Positions 12,306 through 26,086 of a stretch of DNA of 64,000 bases are shown here, piece by piece. The DNA comes from Camelus dromedarius (lineage: Eukaryota): assembly GCF_036321535.1 (NCBI RefSeq), contig NC_087437.1:114888001-114952000 (forward strand). Reading direction: 5' to 3'. Below the pieces are notes generated by a model. The model worked only from the letters and a program-made list of their open reading frames with translations. It was not told the origin of the DNA and did not search any database. A program made the translations under genes and the position numbers. Within the stretch, counting starts at the first letter, position 1, and the number at the start of each line of letters is the position of its first letter.

Positions 12306-13841
12306 TTGTTAAACAAATACAGACTAATACATATGACTTTAAAAACTTGAGAACTTAAGAAATCTTTCACTTGGGAGACTTAAATATCACTCAACGCTAA
12401 AAACACAAATCACAGCATAACCAATGCAACTGTCTTTGCAGTTTTTTTTACCAAAGCTTTTTTTTCTTTTTTGTTTCATTGAAACTGGACCCTGGCAGTG
12501 ACTCTGTCCTCTGAGTTGGGCTCCTGGGGCCACATGATCACTGCAGCCCGTCCGCATAAGCTCTGGCCGTTACAGTTTATGAGACGCCCCGTGCAGCTGC
12601 TCTTGGATGATTTAGATGGCCTTGGCGCCTTCCCTTCCAAACGTGGGCACCAGGAGGCTGCCACGTGCAACAGCACTTTCTCATTTGCACAACCACAGCA
12701 CAAACTTAAGTGAAGAGGCCCCTTCCCTGCAGGCTCCGTGTTCCTCTCCAGATTCATTCCAAAGGGCCAGGTGATGGTCTGGCCTCAGCAGGCCCTGCTC
12801 GCTGGGTTCAGGATTATAAATCAGGGAGCTCCCGGTGATGGGCCCAGAGGCCGGAAGACATCTGTCTGCCAGGGGGGAGTAGGAGGTGCTAGCAGCCACT
12901 GGGCTGACTACAAACTCTTAAGCTCCCAGGAGCAGGAAGCCTGGGATAAAAGGAAAGGCGAAAATTAAAGATGCTGGAGCTACATTTTCCAGAGCACATC
13001 TTCATCCCATTGTGAATTGATCTGCAGCCCTGGATTTCATCAACCGCATAATACTCAGAGTCAGCCAGGAGAGACAGCCTGACATCTCAGACTCACCAAC
13101 AATTAGGAGGCTCGATCGGAGAGGCCTGCCCCGCCTCACGTCAGAGCTCGGAGGGCACGTGCGTCCAGACAGACGCACGCAGAAAACGTCCTTGCCTAGA
13201 AATTGAATCCAGTTCCTTTTTCTTGTGTTTGTTTTGCCATCCACCGCTGGAAGGGAAAGTTGGTGTAGGAAGGCAATAATTCTCCAAGGCACACCGCTTC
13301 GATTAAGAGATAGAGAAGCCCAGAGGGGCCCAAGAGTTTCAAGAGGAGCCAACCGCAGATTAATGGATGCTGAAGAATGCCGCACTGGAAGCCGGGAACT
13401 GCTGATTTATGTCTGTTCACATATTCCGAAGCATTTAACTCACAGGCATTCCTTAATCATAGCACGATTACACAACCACTCTCATTTAGGGGGATGGGGC
13501 TGAGAGGGTCTGTTTATTTGGTTGAGCTTTAATAACTTAGCTCTTTATTACAATGTTCTTGGTGAAAGCATTTTTATAAACTGAGAACAGTTTCCATCCA
13601 AGATATCCCCTCTGTGTCTCCTTTCTCTAGTCTCATATGAATCTTCCTTGGCTATTCTTAATAAGCAAAATATTTCCTTCTTCTTGAGCCTGAAATTGTC
13701 CAGGCTCCGTGCACTCCAATCTCAGGTGCGTGGTACTCAGGGTGGTTTGAGCAAAATCAGCTCGGCCACTTAGTTCAAGGAAGAAGGAAGGAGGGAAATC
13801 GATGTATCCCCTAAAATAAGCCCAGGTCATTTATTACCTTT

Positions 13842-14130
13842 TTCACTCATTTGTTTCACTTGGAGGACATTTTCTTAGCACCTTCCATGTGGCAGCTCGA
13901 TGCTAAACAGGAGAGAGTTGGAAAGAAATAAGCTTCCTCCCTTTCACTAGAGCTCACAGTCTACCAGGGGAGGCAGATGAGAAAACCTGTAATAACGGTG
14001 GAGTGAGAGGCCTTGGGGAGAGGCAACTAGGACATGCTCCCAGGGCTAGAGGACCCTGGAGCTGCAGACTGGGGGACAAGTGGGAGTTTAGCGAGTGGAG
14101 AGGTGAGCCCGCTTGGACCTGTGAGGGAAC
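13842..14130 (-). mobile_element. L2 3' region
   Basis: 'ttcactcatttgttt..cattttcttagcaccttccatgtg..gagctcacagtctaccaggggaggcaga' matches the reverse L2 end. Confidence 0.65.
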
Positions 14131-14974
14131 GCAGCCTCTCCAAGGAACTGCAGGCAGTCTGGCTGGGTGGGGCACGGGGCGGTGGGAACGGGGCTGCTGA
14201 GGTAGATGAAGGGTCCATGAGCATGCGGGCAACATGGATGGGCTGCTCCAACCCTCTTCAAAAAAGACCTTGCTGCCTGACCTTTCCAGCTGAGGTCACA
14301 CTGTTCTTGGTGTTCCCCCAGCCAATGATTGAGCAAGAAGGTGGCACAAAGTCCCAGGCATTGCCACCCGCCGTGGGACTCCTCTAATGGGCAGTCTGTG
14401 CTCAGGACTCCCCTCGGCACTCCCCTGGGGCCCCTGGCACAGGTTGGGGGGAGTTTGATCATAGTGGCCACTCATATGCCTTTGACAGATGACAACACAA
14501 AACTTCAAAATCCCAATACATGGAACAATGGTGGGGGGATCCATCTTTCTACACCCCCTTTCCTCTTCTCACAAACATACCTTCCCTATAATTCCTTTTA
14601 AAATTCACACTGGGGCTGTGTCACTATGGTGCTACTGGACAAGCCATTTTATGGAATTGACTGTCATTTGAATCCAGTGACCAATCAGCCTCCTCAGGTA
14701 ATCAATTTGATTTTGTTTACTGCTGAATTAAGTGGTTCTGAATTTACTGGTGTTCTGCTGTCGTATAGACCTGAAGTTGTATCAGTATGTGAAAGCCATT
14801 TACATCAGTAAACTACAAGTAATACGGCATTTACAATATAGAGACAGCAAATTATTTTATTTCAGAGGTTCCAGATAGCAAGCCAACTTACTCTAAAAAT
14901 TGGTAACTAGAGGAAAAGTGTTAGGCCACACATCAGGGTTATAAAATAGCCTCAATTTTGAGGAAAACCCTTCA

Positions 14975-15635
14975 TTATGAAAGAATGCTAGCTAGTAAAT
15001 ATCAAATAAGTGATCAAATTAGAAAACCACCATTTTGTAACCTTGAATGAAATAAGGGATTTGGTCAAGGATTGTTGACGGATGTTGGAAGTATTCGGGG
15101 AAGAGGTGATGGGGGGCCTGGTGATCCACAGATGACTTACTAGTCATAAGAGTGGACAGATTATAATGGAGAGAGATCCGTGGGCACCCTCTTAACACAG
15201 GCATCAAAATTCATATCACTGAGAGTGGGGTGACCTGGCACTGGTGGGATATAATATGAATACACAGCATCAACAGTGAAGGTTTCTTGGCAAAAAAATA
15301 TTTAACCTGAAATTAACCAACCCTTAAGCTCTAACAGCCAGGGGACAGGAAGTAACAGGGGATAACGGATTGCCAGTGGAGACAGTGAATGGGAGAATAT
15401 ATTTTTACATTTTAGAGCTGCTTACTCACATACATACTAACGTAGTGTCATTACTACGTTACTGTAGTAACATCTGTAATTTATTTTGAATTACAACACC
15501 TACACAACAGATTGCCACAAATACGGCATAATATTAACACCTGTTAAATCTGGACGGTGAGTATGTGGTCATTCATTATACTCCATTCTCTTCTTTTTCT
15601 GTATGTTTGAAAATTTTAACAATATAAAATAAAAG
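14975..15635 (+). mobile_element. Ancient L1 3'UTR (L1MC-like)
   Basis: 'aaaccaccattttgtaacc', 'aaaaatatttaacctgaa' and 3' end 'cttctttttctgtatgtttgaaaattttaacaatataaaataaaa'. Confidence 0.7.
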
Positions 15636-17204
15636 AGGTAGATGCTGGAAGACAAAACATTTTAAGATGAAAGCTTCTAGAGACTACACCCACTTGTTAC
15701 CATGTATTTTAATGGCTCTGTGTAGAAAGCCGCATATTCTCAGGGGTTTTGTGGAAACGATGATGTTACTGGCCCAGACCAGAAACAATTCAAGTTGGAA
15801 AAATAAGCCATTCAGCCCTGTAGCACTCTTACTGCAGTATACTAATGAAAGTAATTATGTCAAGCGTGGTTAAAATTATGCAAGGTGGTACAATTAAAGT
15901 GCTTTTAAAACTTTCTCCTGGATCTCTTATAACGGAGAGCTCATTCAGTGTATCGCAGAGGTTTGCGAACTGTTGTTCTGTCCTGCTCTTTGTCCACGAC
16001 ATGGTCGATGGCGTTCAGGGTGGCGTAAAAGAGCCCCAGAGCACGCGTCCTTCAGTGTTCAGGGACAAGCGGTACCATTCTTACTCCACTGAAGGTTATG
16101 GAGCCCGGGCTCAGAGCAGGCCTTCAGCTTGGACGGCTTCCAGCGGCGAAGGAGTGAACTTCAGACCCAACCGCAGGCTGAAAAGGTGGAGATTCTTGGA
16201 GTGGAATGCCTCTTGGAGCTGAAGAGCATACCGTTGCGTCCAGGTACCCTGATTGATGTAGAAGGGTCCTGCCAAATTCCATTCTCCAGACTGGAGATTC
16301 CAGGATGGTGCTGGTACTGGTGAGTGACATTTTCTTGGACTGTCACCAGGAGATATGAAGTACTCTCCCCATCTCTACGTTTCTAAGGTATGAAGGGTGA
16401 GGGTCATCGTAGAGGACATTTAAATTATCTTAAAAACATCGCTGTGGATTTAACTGGGAAGAATGTGCAAAGGATGGATGGAGCCCGTCGGGATCGTCTC
16501 AGGGACTCCTTCCTCCCTCAGTGAAATCAGATACAGCAGCGGGATTGCCAAGTTGAGTCTGCGCTGAAGCACAACAGGCTTTGTTTTACAAGCGTCTCTT
16601 TATGATTCTGTAATCGGCCGCGTGCAGGGGAACCTCGCGCAGTTCTGGAGCCGACGCTCTCCGGGATTGTTACCCCGGGCAGTAAAAGCCCCTAGTGGGG
16701 TTGGGTTTGTTTTGTTTGGGGGTCACTATGTAATTCCAGCCCTGGCGTCGTCTGCATCTATGCAGGGGGCTTGTGTGCTTGTGAACTGGATGTGCTCCCC
16801 AAATGGCAGGGAGCACCCCAGGGGTGCACCATGCAGCCTCCTAACTTGGCTTGATGTGGCCCATTGCACATGGCGCCGTGGGCAGCCTGCCCTCCGCAGA
16901 GGCCGGGCTTGTGCCGCTTCTCCAGCCAGGGCAGTGCCCCCACCCTCCACCCTGACACACAGCTCCTCATGGTGACCGAGGATAGAAGAGGAGATCTTTG
17001 CCTTCCTAGCGCCTCACTTAGTCAGCTGACACAGAGATTTATTACCACCTCTCAACCTTTGCATGGTTGACATGTGAAAGTTGGTCTCATTTCATATCAG
17101 CCTAAGAATTTCCAAGCCTGGCTAAATTCCCTTTTCTATACCCAGTGAGTGTAGGGAATTACGATTGCTTTTTAAACAAATGCTTTGGAAGAAACTGGCC
17201 AAAA

Positions 17205-17410
17205 CTGTGGGCTCCGAAGTCAAGAACTTTGATTCAGCCTGGCTACTTATTAACTGCATGACCTGGCAAACAACGGGATCTAAGCCTCAGTTTCCTTATC
17301 TGTAAAATAGGTCTAATGAAGGTTCTGATTTCACAGGGTCTTCGAGAGCAAACAAGGAAGTTATGCATGTTCCTGGGACACTGTCAGTGCTCCCTAAATG
17401 ACAACTATTG
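17205..17410 (+). mobile_element. MIR SINE
   Basis: Core 'tacttattaactgcatgacctggcaa..taagcctcagtttccttatctgtaaaatagg'. Confidence 0.85.
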
Positions 17411-17839
17411 TCAATTCCAATCTTGTTCTTCCCTGCTCCATGCCAAAGCTGAGGATGTGGTTTACCAAACGACAGTTGGAGGCTATTTCAAATCGGTGTC
17501 TACTAGGTGTATGTAGGAAATACACTAAGAACTGGAGGGAAAAAATGACACCTCTAGGTATCAACACTGCAGTCACTGCAATTCAAAAGGTGCGTAAATA
17601 AAGGTGTGAATTACAAATAGTTACAAAGACTTGGGGCCCATGTAGGTCTGGGTGTTATTTAGAAGCTTGCCACATGGTTTTGAAATTTTACCATTGATGT
17701 GAAAGATTTGTTTTATGAACTTTCCTCTGTACAAACCATCCCCATCAAAACCACCACCACAGCAAAGACATATTGACAAACGGTTAAAACAGTAACACCT
17801 AAGTTTCTTACTTATGACCTAATGAGTCTTAAATTATTC

Positions 17840-18885
17840 ATTTTATATCAAGAAAACCCTAATCATCTACAAAAAACTAGAATTGTAAGAACTGAGCAAG
17901 GTCGTAACACACACAGTCAATGCACGAAACTCAGCTGTATTTTTATATGCCTGTAACAAACACCTGAAAACGAAATTTAAAAAATCAGTGCCATTTACAA
18001 TGGCATGCCAAAGACAAAATCTACTGAAACATATATAAGATCTCTACATAAAAACTACGAAACATTTCTGAGAAATATGAAAGAGACCTAAATAAATAGA
18101 ATATTTCCATGTTCATTGATTAGAAGACTCAATAGTGTTAAGATGTCTGTTTTGCCTAAAATTGTGTATTGGTTCAACACAATCGCTATAAAAATTCCAG
18201 TAGGCTTTTTTTTTTTTTTGAAGGAATAAGTGAACCGATTCCAAAAGAAGCTAGAATATCCAAAATAATTTTGAAAAAGAAATACAAACTTGGAGGACTT
18301 AAACTATGTGATTTCAAGATATATTACACAGCTACAGTCACAGGGTATTGGCATAAAGAGATACTTATAAATCAACAGAATGAATGGAGAGTCAATCAGT
18401 AGACTGACACATAGTCAACGGATTTTCCACAAAGATGCCAAAGTAATTCAGGAGAGGAAGAAAAGTCTTTGTAATAAATATTGCTAGAACTGGATATGCC
18501 ATATTTATACAGTGAAATACTATTCAGCAATAAAAAGTAATGAACTATTGATACACCCACAAGATGAATGATTCTCAAATACGATACGTCAAGCAAAAGA
18601 AGCCAAACAGAAAAGAGCACCTACACTTTGATTCTCTTCCTAGGAGATCCAAACAAAGACAAAATTAATCTCTCTATATAATCTATAAAAAGTTAGAAAG
18701 TGATGGGGGGAGAGGAGACTGACTGGAGAAAGTTGGAGGAAAATTTCTAGTAGGATAAAAAATACTCTACACCTTGTTTCTGAGTGATGATTACCAAAGT
18801 GTATAGAATTCTCGAAGTTTGTTGAACCAAACACCTAATACCTGTACATATAATTTACATGAATGATAGCTAAATAAAAAATTTT
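17840..18885 (+). mobile_element. Ancient L1 (L1M) with degraded ORF2 and 3'UTR
   Basis: ORF 18169-18402 contains ARISKIILKKKYKLGGLKLCDFKIYYTAT..YWHK, homologous to L1 ORF2p 'RIAK.IL.KKNK.GG.TLPDFK.YYKAT'; internally deleted; 3'UTR-like sequence follows. Confidence 0.85.
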
Positions 18886-19671
18886 GAAACAAGATATGAA
18901 AAATTATTAGGGGAGGAATGTTTCATTAGTGAACCGCTGTCTATTACATCCGTTCTCCTTTCCCTACATGCTATTGCAAAGAATACACGTATTATGACGG
19001 TAGGGATTATACGGTATGACTTCTTAAATTGTAGCCCTGTTTGAATTTTTAGAATTCTTTTCATGTGAAGTTGTTTCAAGTAACAAAAACATGACAGAAT
19101 ACTTTATACTGTTTGTTGTGCAACAGTTTCTAACACAAAGAAATGAACTCTCCCACTGAATCTAAATGACAAAGCTTTGATTCAGTTAATTTTTTTTAAC
19201 ATTCCTGTTAAATTTCCAGAAGACACAGGCAATGAACATCTTTAAAGCCAGTTACGAACGCTTTGCTTCCTCTCTGTCCACCTCTCCCACCCTCTCATCT
19301 TTCTATACTGGTAGAGACAGTTTTAAGAAATAAAGCCATACTTAGCAAGAAAAATTGAACTGAAAAGCAGACATCCCCATCTCTCCCTAAGAATAAAATG
19401 AGTACAGTAGATCACCATATTATCTTCTTACAGCATTCTCTATACCATAGTCTCCTTCTATAGAACTGAAGTTTCTACTTTTGCCAATGAATCAAGATTA
19501 CTAATGCTGGTCATGCTGTATGGAGGTCGTCTCATTTGCCATCGGGCATGTGCGGGGGCCCCTTGAGTTGGTTTACTGCTGGCTCCTCTCTTGGGTCTGT
19601 CAGCTTTAACTGTCTCTGATGCTTAGTGATGTCAAACTGTGAAAATCAACCAAGAATAACTTGTCGCACAA

Positions 19672-19880
19672 ATTGAGCACTTACTACATGCCAGGCACTT
19701 ACTTATATTAATATTTATCTCCACCACTGCACTGAGGTAGGACTATCATTAATCCCCATTTTACAGATGAGGAAACTAAGGCACAAAAAGGTTATGTAAC
19801 TTACATCTAGGAAGTAGCAGAGCTGGGCTCTGAATCCAGGTGGTTGGTCCCCAGAATTCACGTTCTTAGCCACCATAACA
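19672..19880 (-). mobile_element. MIR SINE, near full length
   Basis: 'ttgagcacttactacatgccaggcact..atccccattttacagatgaggaaactaaggcaca..cgttcttagccacc'. Confidence 0.92.
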
Positions 19881-21524
19881 TGCAACCTCACTAACGCTTT
19901 AGCAAAAGGGGACAGATAAGACCAGAAGCAGGAGATGCTACTGTGCGTGGTGTTGGATAACGGAGACAGTCTTGGGAGTGGGTGCACTGCTCACAGGAAG
20001 CACAGCAGGATTTATTGCTGTAGACGGACAGTCCCAAACACAGTCCTCGTGATTTCATAGATGCTAATGGTCTTGAATTTTATAACACTGCAGCTGTTGA
20101 TGACGTGCCTCTGGATTTATACCTGGCTTCACTTGCTCCCTAGAAGGAGCCATCTTGCTTTGGGAGCATAAACAACATCACCACCTTCCTGGTGAAATGA
20201 GCTCGGAGACCCTGAGTATCAGCCCCTCTGGAACCCCTTAATAGAGAACGCAATCACACTTCTGCGGTCCCTCTCCTGGAGACCCCTGCACAGTCCAGAA
20301 ATGCATTAGAGCTTATCTTTCCTTTGGAAACCGATCTTGCCATTAATCAACATGAACGCAAAACCTGTGCATCCCAAAATTATTATCCTGTTTCCACGTA
20401 CTCAGTGATTAAAAGATAAACAAACCACCCTGTCTTATAAAATAAGGTAAGAATAGGAATATGTTTTGCTGACATCCTCAGAGTCCAGATATATATATAT
20501 ATATCTGTCTAGATTCTAGGCAGAGTCACTTAATAAAACAAGCTGTTGAAATACTCACCCATGGTCTAAACCACTCATTAAGAAACATGGAAGTTCCTCA
20601 TCCTTGTCTTCTGTCCTTCTTTCCTTCTTTTCCCTCTGTCCATCCTACTCCCAGATCACCTGCCTGCCCTAATTATTTTAACCTTCCATGGTTGGCCGAG
20701 ATGCCAACCTCAAGATAAAATTAGGCAGAGATGCAACTGACAAACCATGTTCAACTCACCGCGTTGGCATGTCCCCTGCCTGGTCCGGCTCTAAATCTGA
20801 ATGCTCTTCCTGGCTCCTCTTAAACATCTTACTCAGCTTCTTTCCCAGGTGCCCCTCGGCTCTGGACTTTCACCTGGCTGGGTCCCTGCGCGTTCTCTTG
20901 GGAGCTTCCCCCAGCTTGACTGCACCACCAACTAGATCCGCCTGGCCTCCGGTCAGGCGGCACGTTGCTCGTTCTTCCCGGGCCGCTGAGCTCTCAGCTG
21001 GTGCAGGGCTCGCTCCTACGTGGATGTCTCTCAGACCTCCCGGCAAGCCAGACTCGCGGCACACCCAGTTTCAGCTATCAACGCTGCCCTTTCAGTCCCT
21101 GCCACCCCAACTCTGTCCACTTAAAAAGGAGCCAGTGTCTCTCAGGCCCTGCTTAAATTTAGTCACTATTCTCTTAACAAAAGTCCAATCAAATACTAAG
21201 ATGGTTTCACTGACGTCTCTCCCGGCTCAAATGACCTGTTTTCTTAGGCCTCATTGTTGCCGGTCACCACAGGTGCCTCTTGGTGTTCAAATTCAGAAGA
21301 AAGTCCAGGTTGAGAGTGGCATTAGGAAACAGGGAGATATCTGGAAGAAAAGCAAGGGTGCAAAGAGGGGCCATGGAAGAAATACTGCAGGAAGGCCAGC
21401 ACCGAGGCCCAGGGAGGAGGGAAGAGGTGGCCATTAGGTGATGTCCACCCAGGAGGGGGAGAGAAATACACATGGGAAGTGACTCCTTAAGGAAAAGTGA
21501 AGGCCAGGAAAAGACAGCAAGAGC

Positions 21525-22179
<655 letters not shown>

Positions 22180-22406
22180 TAGCCAGTATTTATTAAGACC
22201 TTATTAACAACAGGCACTCTGCTAGGTATATTCAGTCCGCCATGCTGCATCTCTATGGTACCCAGGACAGAGTCTTAAACACCAGAGATTCCCAGTAAGT
22301 ATCATTTTAAGAATTTTAAAAATTTGTTTTCAAGTGCCTGAATCCAGAAAGCTTAAAAGGATACAAAACACAATCAAAAAGCGTAAGTTAAAAACAGGTG
22401 TAAAAG

Positions 22407-22919
22407 AACAGCTCATACAGCTCAGTATCAAAAAAACAAACAACCCGATAAAAAAAAAAAAAGGGCAGAAGACCTAAATAGATAGTTCTACAAAGAATAC
22501 ATACAGATGGCCAACAGACACATGAAAAGATACTCAACATCACTAATTCCTAGGGAATTGCAAGTCGAAACTACAATGAGGTATCATCTCACACCAATCA
22601 GAATGGCCATCATAAAAAAGTCTACAGATAATAAATGCTGGAGAGGCTGTGGAGAAAAGGGAACCCTCCTACAGTGTTGGTGGGAATGTAAATTGGTGCA
22701 GCCACTATGGAGACCAGTATGGAGGTTCCTTAAAAAACTAAAAATAGAGTTACCATATGATCCAGCAATCCCACACCTGGGCATATATCCAGAAAAGATA
22801 AAAACTCTGATTTGAAAAGATAATGCACCCCAGCATTCATAGCAGCACTGTTTACAATGGCCAAGACATGGAAGCAACCTAATGTCTATCAACAGATGAC
22901 TGGATAAAGAAGATGTGGT

Positions 22920-22965
<46 letters not shown>

Positions 22966-23417
22966 GAATACTACTCATCAATAAAAAAGAATGAAATAAT
23001 GACATTTACTGCAACTTGGATGGACAAAGAGATTATCATACTAAATGAAGTAAGTCAGACAAAGACAAATATCATATAATATCACTTATTTGTGGAATCT
23101 AAAAAATGATACAAATGAACTTATTTATGAAACAGACTCACAGACATAGAAAACAACCTTATGGTTATCAAAGGGGAAAAGGTAGGGGAGGGATAAATTG
23201 GAAGTTTGGAATCAGCAGATACAAACTACTGTATATAAAATAGATAAACAACAAGGACCTACTGTATAGCACAGAGAAGTAAATTCAATATTTTGTAATA
23301 ACCTATAATGAAAAGGAATATATATGTATAACTGAACCACTATGCTGTACACCAGAAACTAACACAGCAATCAACTATACTTCAATTAAAAACAAACAAA
23401 AAAACCAACAAAAAACC
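22407..23417 (+). mobile_element. 5'-truncated L1 (ORF2 C-terminus, 3'UTR, A-rich tail)
   Basis: ORF 22507-22815 ...[45 protein letters not shown]... is the ORF2p cysteine-rich end; premature stop; A-rich tail at about 23385-23417. Confidence 0.95.
22922..22963. repeat. (CA)n microsatellite inside L1
   Basis: About 20 perfect AC units. Confidence 0.97.
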
Positions 23418-23419
23418 AG

Positions 23420-24023
23420 AATGCACTTCTCACCCATTAGGAACAGAAAATATTATCAAAGGAACAGAAAATAACAACTGTTGGTGAGGACATGGAGAAA
23501 TTGGAATCTTTGTGCTTTGTAGGAGGAAATGTAAAATGGTGTGGCCACCGTGGGAAACAGTAATGTAATTCCTAAAAAAATTAAACAGAAATACCATGTG
23601 ATCCAACCATGTCACATTCAGGTATATATACTACCCCCAAGACTCAAACAGATACTTGTATATCAACACCTAGAGCATCATTCACAATAGGCAAGAGATA
23701 GAAGCAACCGAAATGTCCATTGACAGATGAATGGATAAAGAAAGTGGTATATCCATACAGTGGAATATTATTTGGCCTTAAAAAAGAATAAAATGCTAAC
23801 ACATGCTATAGGACGGATGAACCATGAAGACATTATGTTGAGCGAAAATAAGCCAGACACAAAAAGACAAATACTGTATGATCCCACTTATATGAGGTAC
23901 CTGGAAGAGGCAAATTCATAGAGGCAGAAAGTAGCATGGTGGCTATCAGGGGTCAGGGGAAGCAGGAATGGAGTGAGTGGGTACAGAGTTTCTGTTTGGG
24001 AAGAGGAAACAGCTCTGGAGAGA
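23420..24023 (+). mobile_element. Older L1 (L1MB-like) ORF2 end and 3'UTR, truncated at its 3' side
   Basis: 'tgttggtgaggacatggagaaattggaa', 'gacaaatactgtatgatcccacttatatgaggtacc', 'gggtacagagtttctgtttggga'; stops abruptly at Tigger1. Confidence 0.85.
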
Positions 24024-24029
24024 GGAGCT

Positions 24030-25644
24030 TTCAATGAAGACTAAAAGAGGTGAAGAAGCTGCAGAAGAAAAGTTTGAATCTAGCAGAGGTGGGTTCAGGA
24101 GGTTTAAGGAAAGAAGCCATTATCTCCGTAACATCAAAGCACGAGGTGAAGCAGCAAGTGCTGATGCAGCAGTGGCCCAGCAGATCCAGCTCAAATCATT
24201 AAAAGGATGGCTACGCTCAACGACAGATTTTCAGTGTAGATGAAACAGCCTTATATTGGAAGAAGATGCCACTAGGATATTCATAGCTAGAGAGGAGAAG
24301 TCAATGCCTGGCTTCCAAGCTTCAAAGGACTGGCTGACTCTCTTGTTAGGGGCCAGTGCAGCTGGTGACTTTAACTTGAAGCCAATGCTCATTTACCATT
24401 CGGAAAATTCTAAGGCCCTTAAGAATTATGCCCAATCTACTCTACGTGAGCTCTCTAAATAGAAAAACAAAGCCTGGACGACAGCACATCTTTGTACAAC
24501 ATGGGTTACTGACTGTTGAGACCTACTTCTCAGAAAAAAAAAATTTCTGTTTATTGACCATGGACCTGGTCACCCAAGATCTCTGTGGGAGATATACAAT
24601 GAGTTAACCTCATATTTTCATGCCTGCTAACACAGCATTCATTCTGCAGCCCAGGGATCAAGGAATAATTTTGACTTTCAAATCTTACTATTTAAGAAAT
24701 ACACTTTGAAAGGCTATACCTACCATAGTAGTGATTTCTTCAGTGGATCTGGGCAAAGTCAATTGAAAACTTCCGGAAAGGAGTCACCATTCTATATGCC
24801 ATTAAGAACAGGTGTGATTTATGGGGAAAGATCCAAATACAAACATTAACAGAAGTTTAGAAGAAGTTGATTCCAACCTTAATGGATGACTTTGAGGAGT
24901 TTAAGACTTCAGTGGAGGAAGTCACTGCAGATGTGGTAGAAATAGCAAGAAAATTAGAATTAGGAGTGAAGCCTGAAGACGGGACAGAAGTGCAGCAACC
25001 TCACGATAAAACCTGAACAGGTGAGGACTTGGCTTCTTTTGGATGAGCACAGAAAGTAGTTTCTTGAGACGAAACTCACCCCTGGTGAAGATGCTGTGCG
25101 GACTGTTGAAGTGGCAACAAAGCACCTAGAACAGTACATACACCTAGTTGATAAAGCAGTGGCAGAGTTTGAGAGGACTGACTCCGGTTTTGAAAGAAGT
25201 TCTGCTGTGTACAAAACACGATCAAGGCAGCATTGCACACTACAGAGAAATGCTGCATGAAAGGAAGAGTTGATCCACGTGGCAAACTTCATTTTTGGCT
25301 TTTTTTTTTAACAACTCACCACAGCCACGCCTACCTTCAGCAACTACCCTGATCCATCAGCAGCCACCAACACTGAGGCAAGACCCTGTACCAGCAAAAG
25401 ATTATGATTCACCAAAGGCTCAGGTGACAGCTAGCATTTTTTGACAATAAAGTATTTCTTATTTAGGTATGTCCATTTTTTTAGATATAACGCTATTGCA
25501 CACTTAGTGGACCAGGGTATAGTGTAAAGATACCTTTTATATGCACTGGGAAACAAAAAAAATTCATGTGACTCGCTTTATTGCAATATTTGCTCTATTG
25601 CATTGGCCCGGAACCCAACCTGCTATATCTCTGAGGTGTTCCTG
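24030..25644 (+). mobile_element. Tigger1 (TcMar-Tigger/pogo) DNA transposon, 5'-truncated, transposase pseudogene
   Basis: Frameshifted peptides [42 protein letters not shown] and [50 protein letters not shown]; right TIR '..atatctctgaggtgttcctg' followed by TA at 25645-25646. Confidence 0.95.
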
Positions 25645-25649
25645 TATGG

Positions 25650-26030
25650 GAACATATGGAAAGAGATTTATTACAGGAATTGGCTCCTGAGATTACGGAG
25701 GCTGAGAAGTCCCACGGTCGGCCATCTTCAAGCTGCAGGCCCAGGAAAGCCAGCGATGTAATTCCAGTCTGAACCCAAAGGCCTGAGAACCAGGAGTGCT
25801 GATGTTGAAAACCAAGGGAAGATGGATGTCCCAGCTCAAGCAGAGAGCAAATTTCTGCTGCCTTCTGCCTTCATGTTCTATCTGGACCCTCAGTGGATTG
25901 AACTCATTGGTGAGGGAGATTTTCTCTACTCAGTCTGATTCAAATACTAACACATCCGGAATAATGTGTCACCAGCTATTCTGGGCACCCCTCAGCTGGG
26001 TCAAGATGACACATAAAATTAGCCATCACA
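25650..26030 (-). mobile_element. ERVL LTR, MLT2B-like (5' and central part)
   Basis: Minus strand starts TGTGATGGCTAATTTTATGTGTCATCTTGACC (MLT2 5' end); internal 'gagatttattacaggaattggctc..ggaggctgagaagtccca'. Confidence 0.9.
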
Positions 26031-26086
26031 ATATACAAATACACATCCTATTGGTTCTGTTTCTCTGGAGAACCCTGATTGATACA
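26031..26086 (+). mobile_element. MLT2-type LTR 3'-terminal fragment in the opposite orientation
   Basis: 'catcctattggttctgtttctctggagaaccctgattgataca' is the canonical MLT2 3' terminus. Confidence 0.85.

Noticed and set aside
15845..16346. CpG-containing stretch with overlapping ORFs and a 30-nt AG..GTGAGT mini-exon (16290-16319); possible processed pseudogene
   Set aside because: None of the frames I translated gave a recognisable protein, and there is no poly(A) or TSD; insufficient support.
23977..24462. Possible domesticated transposase gene (TIGD1-like)
   Set aside because: Multiple frameshifts and stops, and the N-terminal region is missing; an ordinary Tigger1 fossil.
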